Assembly (NCBI GenBank): GCA_000320545.1
Contig: ADNK01002685.1
Location: forward strand, 1-32,759
Source: Bigelowiella natans CCMP2755
Lineage: Eukaryota; Protista; Cercozoa
Length of the DNA stretch: 32,759 nt
Reading direction: 5' to 3'
Below are positions 1 through 11,658 of the stretch, piece after piece. Position 1 is the first letter of the stretch; each line of letters starts with the position of its first letter. Under the pieces are notes generated by a model. It had not been told where the DNA came from, searched no databases, and was given only the letters and a program-made list of their open reading frames with translations. Both the position numbers and the translations under genes were made by a program.

Positions 1-91
1 CAAGCACACACAGTAAAATACATAATAATGTTTGAGAGTTGAAGAAACTTTAGATAGCAGTAGTAGCAATAGTATCTTCCTCTTTTCTCAC

Positions 92-355
92 CAGCATCGA
101 AAGGAACAGTCAAGATCTCGGGACAATGATACACAAATATTTCATTCCTATTGGCTCTCCTCATCCCTGCCCTACTTGTACGGCTACTGCTACATTTAGC
201 ACTTTTACCTAGATACGATGACACTTCCTAACTGTCGCCATTCCCCTGGAAGTGGGCGCCTCGCTTCTCCCAAGTCATCGTCACCAGTATAATCACCAGT
301 ATCTTGAGTCGAGTTCTTATTGTCAACCAATCCATCCTCAGGAAGATGTGTGTTC
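92..355 (-). other. Exon-like segments of an unidentified gene (not TrpA-like)
   Basis: Two phase-compatible open segments bounded by AG/GT on the minus strand (HLPEDGLVDNKNSTQD...GEWRQLGSVIVS and RAGMRRANRNEIFVYHCPEILTVPFDA). Plus-strand acceptors are also plausible, so the strand is uncertain. Confidence 0.25.
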
Positions 356-584
356 TTTGGGGAAGTAATAATGAGTTATTCGAGCAAGCAGGTCTCGATT
401 TTCACAGCCCTTCCAGTTGCGTTCTCTCCAAATGACAAATAGGGGAGGATATAGGCAGGGTCAAGAATGGGGTCGCGTTGGAAACACAAAAAAACACGCC
501 CCCTTCCCCCCCGTATGGTACCTTCAGCAATTGTCTGAAAGTTGATCAGGGGATTTCCCCCACAAAAACGACACCCCCCCCCCC

Positions 585-624
<40 letters not shown>

Positions 625-651
625 AAAGTAGTAGCAGTAAGAGATATACAC

Positions 652-741
652 CTGTAACTCCGGTAAGGGCTACAGCGTACACAAACGAATCCGCATGACT
701 CAGAAGGACACGAACTCTGTCCTCAGTAGTCGTCTGGATAT

Positions 742-775
<34 letters not shown>

Positions 776-863
776 TGTTGTGCGGCGTGAATGCAGAGAA
801 TTGAGGGGGGGGACGACGATGCTAAGAGCGAGAACGGCGCAGCAAGAAACAGCTATGAAGTAT

Positions 864-901
<38 letters not shown>

Positions 902-1398
902 ATGCTTCTTCCTCTTCTTCTTCTCCTCGAGGTAAGTATCAAATATGAATCGCACATCACGATTCTGAACACACCCAAATTTAATTAAACATCAAGATGC
1001 CCCAACCCCCCCCTTTTCCATTGCAATAATATCTTCCAAACACACATACATATACACAACATCGACAACAACTACAACAAAACTACTACGTACTGGAGCA
1101 ATAAGCGGAATGTAAGATAGCCCTTCAGAAGATGCAGATCGTTTGAATGACTACATATTCAAAGAGGGGGGGGGGGGGGGGGGGGTAAGGTTGACGGAAA
1201 GAACGTGAAAAAGCAATTCAAACAAGCTATGCTAACGATTTGGGACTATTAAAGGCAGTGTCATGAAGACGTACGACGTGAAAGCAATCAAGCAACCAAC
1301 CGGTATTATTGTGGCGGAACAATATTCATTATTCATGCTCTTCTGTGTTTTCTCACAAGCTCATCTCCTGTTCAACAGCACTAATCTACACTGGCACA

Positions 1399-1431
<33 letters not shown>

Positions 1432-2131
1432 ACTAATAATATTGATTTTGGATGGGTGTTATTACAGCAGCTTCTTCCGGTGGCAAATCAACGACTATGA
1501 ACCCGTCCGCCCCTATTATACCAATCACCGCAAATCGCGTATGAGAGCGGTGCAAATAGGTTCCTTTGATTCTAGCATTTTTTTTACAGGTGAAATGATT
1601 CGATTGCCGTTTGGCAAATCTCCATTTTCTCTATGCTACATCATAATCTTCATTATCATCATCATAATCTCATATCGCGGTCTTCTTCCTCAGCATTCTC
1701 GTCGTAACTATCTTCCACAATCGTAACTATTCCCCAATCATCATAGCTATGCTATCATCCTCCCCCTCCCTCCCCCCGCCTCTCTGTTTTCTTTGGCCTT
1801 CATTACGTCTCCACCTGCTTCTCTCACAGCTTCCATCAAACGCTGCTCGCCGTACATGAGGAAGGGGTTGTAGTACCCCATCAAGACCAATGGCACGGTG
1901 ATTCCCTGACCGGGGAAGGGGGGGGGGGGGGGGGGTGATAGAAATAATCATAATTGATGACGATGATGATGATACACACTGTATATTATCGTCAGGAGCA
2001 GCAGCATGATTCTACCTCGGCTCTTGCTTTCTTTACTACTGAGAGGCACTGATCTATGGAGATGATGCCGTTATCTAAGGCAACTTGGTTTGACCTAAGT
2101 GTATTGTAGTAAATAAATATGCTATGTACAA

Positions 2132-2167
<36 letters not shown>

Positions 2168-2347
2168 AAAAATAAAGCCAGCAGCTGTCTGTCTTAAAAA
2201 AGATACTATTCGTATGATGCTTCTATTATCATCCGCATCCGCATCCTCATCCTCATCCTCATCACTTTCATCACTGCTATCATCATCATCACCATCACCA
2301 TCACCGCCATTGTCATCCTTTCTACCAGCTCAAAACGATCATCATGA

Positions 2348-2383
<36 letters not shown>

Positions 2384-3595
2384 ACGTTTGAATTGTAGGC
2401 CCGTCAGCCAATGGATCAGTGAACGGCACCTTCAAAGAGGAAGAAGAAGAAGAAGAAGAAGTAGAAGAAGCACCGCAACACATGTATAGCGAAAATAAAT
2501 GAGTACTACATATCCTTTCCCCCAACAAGCACGTAGCTTCTTCGGCCGCCGCCTCACCATTCATTCACTCACGTGCATGCTACACCACAAAAAAAGTTCC
2601 CTTGCTTCCACATCGGTCAAAACAACACCATCATCATCAGCATCAGCATCATCAATACACCAGTAGAATAACATCATGATGGTGGATAGAAGAGGGGTAA
2701 CACTGTTTTGCTTTTGCTTGCTGCTGCCGGCTGCTGTTACGCGTTTATTCACTGATCCACTCACTCACCCCCAGCTCGATGATATCCGCTCCTCCTTTCA
2801 CAAGGCCGTGCATAACGTCCAAGGTTTCCTTCTCGGTCGGATACCCTGAGGGTGGGGGGAAGGTTAATTTCAAGGATGAGCAGCAGCATCAGCAGCTAAA
2901 TCGTATTAGGAGGTGATGACTGACCGATGGTGGTGTACGCGACGAAGGCGGGTCGTCCTTGAGCTTTGCAAGAGGCGAAAGTCTCCAAAATCGCTTGCGT
3001 TCCGTACGACGGCCCGGAGACTCCCTCCTGTTGGGCCTTAAACCGAACATCATTTTTGAATTATAGTGGGTCGCTATCGTCTCGTGAATGTTTCCTAGAC
3101 GCATCTACATGCTCCATATCACTTATGTCACGCAACAAATACCATATATGTATAGCAATATATGTATACTTATATCTATATAGATTTTTTTACTGTTGTG
3201 ACGAACAATCTCCATACCTCTTCTGCCTTGGCCTCAGCGTGTGTAGACAAGGCCCTTGTATTATTGACGATCTGTGTCTGTATGGAAGATTGCTTCCTCT
3301 TTACTATAAATCCTACGAAAACGGCATTCACAACAAAGGTCAACCCAGCAAAAAATAGATATTCGCCATCTGAGTGGTGGAGCGAGAATAGAAAGAGGTA
3401 GCTGCCAAGGAACCACTCGAAACAACAGTGGACTAACACAACGAGAAAGACTAGCAAGCACTCACTGTCGTTAGTACCTTTTGAGGCTGATGACGAGACA
3501 AGTCGGACGTCTGCTCGTCCCCTCCTATTAATGCCCCCTCTGTTTCTCCTCGCAATTCGCCGAAGCGTTGCTAGTCGCATGGCGCTCTTTCTCAT
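652..3595 (-). CDS. trpA: Tryptophan synthase alpha subunit (or alpha part of an alpha-beta fusion), at least 10 exons, 3'-incomplete, with N-terminal Arg-rich presequence
   Basis: Phase-consistent GT-AG exons 3595-3478, 3303-3218, 3027-2925, 2845-2769, 2429-2386, 2094-2016, 1905-1815, 1512-1466, 1150-1094, 733-652 translate to ...AILETFASCKAQGRPAFVAYTTIGYP...[22 protein letters not shown]...VPLVLMGYYNPFLMYG...GADGFIVVDLPPEEA...YIPLIAPTTTEDRV...FVYAVALTGVT(G), all hallmark TrpA motifs. An alternative in-frame ATG lies at 3610. Confidence 0.93.
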
Positions 3596-4507
3596 TTTGG
3601 CCTGTCCCATGTTGGATGTACAAGTTAGAATTCATCTTTTTTAAAACCGAGCGCATGGGAAAACGTAGCGGGCGTCGAAGCATGTACAATACGGAATTCC
3701 GGTATTTTCAAAACTGCGTTCGGATAGCCTCCTCGGTTTTGAGGAGGACGTCATCCAAAGCTACATAGCAAAGGGAAATCGATCGAAAGCAGGGGGTTTG
3801 CGGACGTGCAAGGATCGCTTACGGGTCACATATACAATCAGGGGGGCAATGCATGATTCGGGTTGAAATAATTCAACTAGAATGATTAAATAATGCCCCC
3901 CCCCTTGTGCCCGTGGACCCTGCACTCTCTCCCCTGCGGCGTCGCTGCGCTGGCGAACAGGGGTGGGGTACAGTGCAAGTTGTACTTCCAGAAATAAAAA
4001 AGCCCTGCCAACTCGCAGGTAATGATGTAAATCAAGGTCCATATTTACCTGCGACATGGATATATCGGCATTTTTTTTAATAATCGGCAGGGGTTTTACT
4101 GGTGGAAAACCCCTCCACGATTACGTCTGGATTTCCTCTGGCTACTGCCACCAGGAAATAGAAATCGCCATAATGTCATTGTCGCAGGCTCAAATCAGAA
4201 AAGAATCAAGGCGAAAAAGAAGTTTCGCCTCAAGAGGAAATCATCGAATCGTGGGTATTTTCACGCTTGCCGTTGAAATTTCCGTGGAAAATCCGTCGTT
4301 TTGAAATACGTGGTAGCCATGAATTCGAGATAATCGTAGGCCATTTCTTCCAAGCGGTAGCCTTTGGCGTTGATTTTCTATGCAATTGATAATTTGCATG
4401 ATATTTTTAGAGAGCGACATAATACCTTTTATTGTCGCTGTTCCTTAATCTCATCGCTTTGTGGCAGCCCGAATGTGGGCACAGAATTCACATGAAGATG
4501 TGCGATA

Positions 4508-5210
4508 ATGGCTGACACCCTCCGCCTCCCCTCTCGATTCTGCCTTGCGGTTCTCCTCTGCCTTCTGCCTTCTGCATCCGTTACGACTTATCGGGCCTCC
4601 TATGGACGCCTTCGCCTGCCCTTGAGCAGAGCACTGTATAGGAGGGGAGAGTTTTTCCAAAGGAGGGCGGGGAGGGTAGCAAGCCGGGGCGACGCAAACA
4701 CGGGAAGGGACAAAGATACATCCGATCTAAAAGAAGGATTCGAAGGTCGAGTGATTTCTTCGTTTCCTTTTCATGCACAACTCGGAGCATGTATCATTCA
4801 CCACATAAGGCAATGTGGCCAATGTTGTTGTCTATAGAACTGATAATACGGCTCGAGTCTCAGCTGCCTATTCGCTTTTCGGAGGATGGTGGTCGCGTAT
4901 TTAGCGACAATAGGTTGTCGTTTCCCGATCCCCTCTATAAGAAAGGACTAGAGGTCGAAGAGAGGGAGAAAAGGTGAGCCGGCATAAGCAGAAACAAGCA
5001 GTACACAAAAATCATCCCACCACTCCTTCTTCCCCCCTGCCTGCTGCTGTTTCACTTACTTTTCGATGCTGTATCCAGCACGACGCCCATATCGGGAAGA
5101 GATAAAAAGATGATGCGAGTGGCAGAGCCTAGGGGTGATCCAGGTACGAGATTGATTTAAGAACAGTTGCGTCTATATACATATCACACACGCTCACACA
5201 CATTTGAAAA

Positions 5211-5257
<47 letters not shown>

Positions 5258-5627
5258 GTGTGTGCGGGATACATCCCCTACCAGATTTCAGTAACATCAG
5301 TCCTTCCCAGCCGCGAGATCCTGCAACAATTAAGAGCTACAAAGATGCCTTCATTGCTCTCGCTCCTCTCTGCTTGTTTGCCGAGGCCAATGAAACAAAA
5401 ATTGAGATGGAGATGGCAAAGGCCTTGGAGAGCTTACCATTTGACTTCTTGCTGTGGCTTGAAGAGGAGACACATGAAGTGCGAGGTGTGTGTGTGCGTG
5501 CGTGCATGTGATAAGAGAGGGTTAGGGGCGGGGGGGGGGGTGCCTCGAAAGTGAGTTGTAAAAGGCGGATATATTGATCCCATCCTCCATCCTTCCCGCC
5601 CCTGCTCCATCTTCTCCTTTATCGTTG

Positions 5628-5667
<40 letters not shown>

Positions 5668-6387
5668 GCAGGAACACCTATCGAAAAGGCTATCAATATA
5701 GTGGGAGATAGGCTGATGCGTGCATTTGAGGGTACACCATCGAAACGCCATCATCATACTAATAACCCTTTCCTAGAATCTTGGGGGGTTCCAACATGAT
5801 AGGTATCAGTGCGTGCGGCGAACAATAACAGTCAGTAATTCGTGTAGGCTCGAATCTTTCTCCTGGGAACGAATTCAATTTCTCTGAGGAAGCTCTGGAA
5901 AGCGGATGGACGATACGTGATGCACAGGAGGTTTGAACCCTACACAATACAATAATATGATATATTTTTTATATTATGTGCATGTATTTGTGTGTGTGTG
6001 CGTGCGTGTGTGTGTGTGTTTGTGTGTGTCTTGTAATGGCGAGTAGCTACCATCCATCATCATCACCGTATGTGAGGAGATTTTGAATATGCAAACCATG
6101 GAAACAAGTTTAAAGTTTTGCCGGCGAAGTTGTACGTGGTTGGCCATGACGACCAAACGGCCAATGGTTTCGTTCTTATCCCCCATAGTTTTGCTATGGT
6201 GTATGTTTGTTATGATGATGCCTCTAACTGCTGCTTTTCTCTTCCTCCTCCTTCTTCTGATTGTACTTCAAATTCCAACAACTGCTTTCCATTGGGGGGG
6301 GTGGGGACGCCACAGAAGCTGGAAATTTCACGAAATAAGGAAAAATGGGATGCTTTGCAGGAGGAGGTTAACGCTCACACACACACA

Positions 6388-6436
<49 letters not shown>

Positions 6437-6462
6437 ACATACAGTCACGATTTTACGGGTGA
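4508..6462 (+). CDS. Multi-exon hypothetical protein with bipartite (signal peptide + Arg/Ser-rich transit peptide) plastid-type leader; 3' end uncertain
   Basis: Exon 1 reads MADTLRLPSRFCLAVLLCLLPSASV followed by TTYRASYGRLRLPLSRALYRR.... Later phase-compatible exons give ELIIRLESQLPIRFSEDGG..., DFSNISPSQPRDPATIKSY...LPFDFLLWLEEE, GTPIEKAINIVGDRLMRAFE and SNLSPGNEFNFSEEALESGW. The model beyond ~5930 is tentative. Confidence 0.55.
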
Positions 6463-6679
6463 ATAAATCATAGGGAAACGGAGGGAGAGAGAGGGAGAGC
6501 GAGAGAGAGAGAAAGAGAGGGAGAGAAATCGAAAGAATACCAAATAATTGAATATTGACAATTTAATATGCCCGTCGTGTGCATTCTTCTTCTTCTTCTT
6601 CTTCTTCTTCTTCTTCTCCACACACACACGTGTAAGCTACTTGTCCTTCCTCCTGACTCTGGTGTTATTAGCTTGATAG

Positions 6680-7067
6680 GACATTCACCGCCTATTTTGT
6701 GCCGAAAGACGAGGTGTCGGGGAGCATCGGGCCAATGTCCGACCTGAGGTAGATGTAGTAGTGGTAGTGGTGGTAGTAGTAGTAGTAGTAGTAGTGTTTG
6801 GCTGGTGATGAAGAGGATTGTGATATTGCTGCAACTGCTGCAGTCATTGCCATTCTTTTCACATTTATTCTTTTTGTTGTCGTTCTCAGCAAGAAGTCGA
6901 TGCTGTTGATTATGAATGAGGGCTTGGATCTTCTCGGTTGGTGTGAGACATATCACACACGCACATGCATGCACGCACATACACAGAAAAGGGTGGTGAT
7001 GATGACGATATATATATATATATATATTAATATATATTATACGTGTGTGTGTGTGTGTGTATTAACG

Positions 7068-7106
<39 letters not shown>

Positions 7107-9524
7107 TCTATTCCTCTGTATTCTGTGGTTATCACGATTAGTCTGCAACTTAACAACGATACGATGACTCTAACATCAAAGATCGCTTGTTGGAGCAATC
7201 GTCTAGCAGCGGTGAAGAGATGGATTTTAACAAACTCTTCTTTGAAACGGACGACGGCAAGGTACTATTACAGGAGCCCACGCAAACACCACCAACAACA
7301 ACAACGAGGATAATGGTGATGATAATGATGCTGATGATGATGATGATACTGATGATGATAATGATGACGGCACTGAAGCTCCAACTTAGACTTTCTGCGG
7401 AGATATTTTGAAAACAATTAGTGGAAGAGCATCGAGCACACGCAGCATGAGTGACTCTCCCATAGTAAATACTCAAAGAGTCCCAGATATCAATACAAGT
7501 GTTATTGTTGGTGATTTTGAATGGCTGTGTGTTTGGTGTTTCTCTGCAGAAGGAGACAGGTCCTGCCACCAGCCCCTTAATACTCTACACTGTAATATCT
7601 CACAAATTGAGGTCGATAGGGGAGGAGGGAGGGGGGGGGGGAGGGAACAGCGGAATGATGAAAATGAAGAAAGATAACCGCTCCAACAATACTGCAATCT
7701 GCGAAAACAACAACAACCACGCCGACGAGGAGGCGGAAGAAGATGGAGAAATGGCAGCAGATACACGAAAGACCCTTGTAGCCTGGCAACGACAGGGTAT
7801 GTATGCGGCAAAAACGGATGATGATGATGATGATGATGATGATGAGAGGTGTGAATGTACTGACTGGTAGTTGGGATGGAACATACCGATGACTTTGCAA
7901 TACTGTTCTATGTTGATCATCTGTGTTCAGTGAAATCAATTCTGGATGATACAACGCGGGCAAGAGAGATATTTATAGCTACGGAAGAGATGTTAAAGGT
8001 GTGGAACATAACTTGAGGAAAGGGGGTAGGAGGAGGAGGAGGAGGAGGAGGCGGTAGAGGAGGCCACGATAAGGGAAAGAGAAAAGGGCGGATTAGTAAA
8101 TGCAACGGAGAGATTCCCAATAATGGTGACAGTGCCTGAAAAGGATGATAACGATAATGATGAATGATGATGACACTGTCGCATATCGATAACGACAACA
8201 TCACTGCACGCATTTAAATATAACCTACTGCACCCAACAATAATGCCAAGACTCTGTGCTTTCAGAGTAGCGAGCGAAGGGCAGCGAGCGGAGATGCGCT
8301 ACCAACGATAGGAAATCTAGCTGCGACCACGGCATTTCCACTCGCCAGCCCCCCTCCCTTTGCCAAGGAATCCTCATCATCATCGATTTCCGTCATCGGA
8401 GGTCGGTCCCACCCCCAACCGCTACGACGGAGATTCCTCGAGCTCGAAGGCAAGGGAGAGGGAACATGGGAGGAGTCAGGAACCACGCCGGACTCTATTG
8501 CTCCTCCGATGAGCATTGATTACACTCAAAGACTCAAGTTTCTGCCAGAAACAAGGTGGCTGGAAGCAATATATACACACACTATACGAGTATGAGTCAC
8601 ACAAAATAAAAAGCAAAATGCGCTTACAATCACCACTATAAGAATGGTGCGAGAACTAGCCACGCACTCGTGTTCGCATTCCTACTTGAAATTCCCGGAA
8701 AGTACGATAATAGCGCGGCGTGAGAAACAGCTGCTGTTTTCTATCGTATCTGACGGCCTACAATCCATGTTACTCGGCGAAATAATCTTGCCCGTGCTCG
8801 TACTAGCACTGTTTGCGCTGGCATTGCTGCTGACAACTGGGATTGATTGCAACTGTGTTTCTTCCAGTGCTGGCCATACTCCGAGCCCTGAGGATGTGCT
8901 GATCTTCGATAAGTTCTTTGGCGGGGTCGGTCGCTCATACTGAGACTTGTTGTTGCTGCTGCTGCTGCTGCTGCAAGGGATAATGACAGAGATATTACGT
9001 GTGCTGTGCCGTTCTGTGTGTGCTGTTATGGTAATAACAGGCAGTTGTGGACTCAGTAGTCAACGTGGAGACCGACCCTCGAGAGGAAGAGGATGATGGC
9101 GTCAGCGCGCTTTCTCTCCCCCCCCTCCCTCCGGCCGATCGAATGTCTCCTTCAGATGCAGCTGCCATCTTTCTCTCCCCGTATCTCTCCAACGACGACT
9201 CGACTGACGGCGACGAACAGGGGAGTATGGCTCCCACCCACACCTCTCCCCCCTCCCTCTCACCTCCCTCTCCCGTTCCTCGTCTCTCTCTCGACGATGT
9301 GATTGCAGGGAGGCAGGAACCTTCGCCGCCATCAAGCGAAGAGGATGATTGCACATCCAATGGCGACGATGATGCACTGACTCCGAGTCGTGCTGATGAG
9401 CTGCGTAGTAAGCAGCAGCAAGGGGAACAGCAGCGAATGCTTGAAGCTGAGAAAGAGGTAGGTCCCGTGTGCAATGTTATGCACACTACATTAGGACATT
9501 GAAGTAGTTGTGATATATGTATAT

Positions 9525-9566
<42 letters not shown>

Positions 9567-10157
9567 AAGAGAGAGAAAGAGAGAGTGGGAGAGTACATAT
9601 AGATCGTTGGTGGATGGGACCAAATATATACTCACATCTCGCTGATACCACGCGTACTTGCTTGGGTCAGTTCCTACAAAGAGAAAACATCGTACTGAAG
9701 GCCATGGTAAAGAAGCTGCGTATACGCGTCTTCGATCTTGAGGTGGGGCAGTAGTTTTCGTGAGTGTGCGTGGTCTCAAAAATCATCCCTAATCTGATAT
9801 GAGCAGTACGACGATAACATTTGTCGCGCTGCGAAAAGACCTCGCCGATTTTTTGCAGCAAAAAATAACTTTGTAGAAAACTGTACCATCACGATTGTGC
9901 ATTTCTTTCGTGGACATGGATGGTGTAGTATGAGAGGAATAAGTACTTATGGCAGCTGCAGTGGTAGCTGAGGAACAGCATAGCTTTCCCTGTCGATAGC
10001 ATCATTCTCAGAGAAACATTAAAGCTGTTTCATTAGTTGTATTTTGGACAGAAATCGATACAAGAGAAATCTCAAGACAATGGGAAATGGACGCCGGGAG
10101 AAGGAGGAGGAGGAGAACACAATTCTGATCGCAGCTTCATCAAAGCACCGTCTTCAC

Positions 10158-10194
<37 letters not shown>

Positions 10195-10303
10195 GACAGT
10201 GTCAAGTAAACGAAGGTCCGTTACGAAACCATATTCCTTGCTTGGGAAGGAGGAGGAGGAGGAGGAGGAGGAGGAGGAGGAGGAGGAAGATAAGGGCCTC
10301 TAG
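6680..10303 (+). CDS. Multi-exon hypothetical protein, possible divergent RGS-like domain, Pro/Ser/acidic low-complexity and coiled-coil C-terminus; 5' end not defined
   Basis: Mostly phase-compatible exons: TFTAYFVPKDE..., KKSMLLIMNEGLDLL, DRLLEQ...FFETDDGK, KETGPATSPLILY...AWQRQ, VGMEHTDDFAILFYVDHLCSVKSILDDTTRAREIF, MVRELATHSCSHSYLKFPES, AVVDSVVNVE...EAEKE, FLQRENIVLKAMVKKLRIRVFDLE, and terminal exon KSIQEK...EEDKGL* (stop at 10303). May be contiguous with the 4508 gene. Confidence 0.5.
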
Positions 10304-11340
10304 CTGCACGTTATCACAAGCAATACACATGGCCCTTCGTCGTTATTAGTCAAAGCTTAACATCAAGACATAGTTAGCATGATTGAATACCTATATATGG
10401 CTAGAACGATTCGGTTTAGAATAATGTTTGCGATCGCACTACATACGTTGGCCACAGCGGCCTTGTACACGTAGCATGCGGCGCCATTACTGGTTCTAGA
10501 CAAACTGATAATAGACACAGCAATACACAATATAGTGTATTGCATGTCTATCATACTGCGTGAGTGCGAAGTGCACGTACGCCCTTATTGCGATGAATAC
10601 TCACGCACCTAGCCTATCTGCTATCTAGCCGCGACGTGTAGCGTGACATCTAATAAGACAGGCCCAGCTAGGTAACGATAGGGTGCGTACACATATGTAT
10701 ACATACGTACACTCACACGTGCTTTGTAGCTAGCACGTGACACAGACTAGACAGAAAAAGGTCCATGCGCAAAGTTGTGTGCATGTGTGTGCGCTATGTG
10801 CATTGACACATTGCTAGCACTAGAGCAAACTGCTGCTATGCACACATGCTAGCATGGCCAATGCATGCACATGGCAGAGTGCCCATTCTAGCATTGCACA
10901 TCGTCGCATGATGGATCGACGTACATCATGCGCTAGTATACTAGCGCTGGCTAGCTAGGCCTTCTAGCTTATTCTCTAGCTGTGCTGTGCTTATTCGGCT
11001 ACGCTTGCACACGCGCCGTCGATCGTCGCGCCAACAATATCTCCATGCATCGCTAGCTAGCAGCAATGCATGCAGAATCGAATGCGAAGTAGTATGAATG
11101 CTATAGCTATATAGCTATAGCTAGCAATGGTTAGCAGTGCGCAGTGCGTCTAGCCATTTCATCGCAACATTCCCACATTGTGTGCATCTGCAAAGCCTAT
11201 CGTAGTGCTTTCCCGGCGGATCGCAACACCACAACGCCGCCAAAGTTCGGTGGTAATATTAATCGCAATGTAGCCACGCGCGCGCACCGTACCATAGCTG
11301 TGACGCGATGCGATCGATACATGCGTGTGTGTGTGTGTGT
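10304..11340. other. Purine/pyrimidine-alternating, palindrome-dense island 1 (CpG-decay-like)
   Basis: Dense CTAG, TGCA, CATG, CACGTG and GCGC words. Perfect palindromes at 10930-10947 and 11100-11121. No credible spliced ORF. Begins right after the stop codon at 10303. Confidence 0.75.
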
Positions 11341-11658
11341 GGACGAGCGCAATCAATTGCGATTACATGTACTTTCCCTCAATTTTTGTAGTAATAGAAG
11401 AGTAGCAAGCCAAACACAACTTCAAAGAATACACCGACGTGGATGCCATCTTACTAAAAATTGGTACATTGGGGACACAACATTCTTCATACATACGCTT
11501 CTCTACATACACCTAGAATATTTTTTCGAAGAACTTGAACTAATACAGTCACTTCCGTCACCGTTGGGCACTTTGTGCGGCCCCTGATAACTTAAGTTTC
11601 TCTTGAGAAAATAACGGGCGGAACGGACGTCATTTTGACGCCTTCCTAGACTCCCCTC

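Noticed and set aside
797-859. Plus-strand exon-like segment (RIEGGDDDAKSENGAARNSYE) within a trpA intron
   Set aside because: Isolated, no partner exons, and the flanking trpA exons join in phase; AG/GT bounds are expected by chance.
3761-4304. Short ORFs in the trpA / 4508 divergent region
   Set aside because: No recognisable motifs or consistent splice structure; probably promoter or UTR.
8690-8940. Antisense terminal exon suggesting interleaved or scrambled genes
   Set aside because: The plus strand gives phase-compatible exons (AGHTPSPEDVLIFDKFFGG to AVVDSVV) belonging to the 6680-10303 gene.
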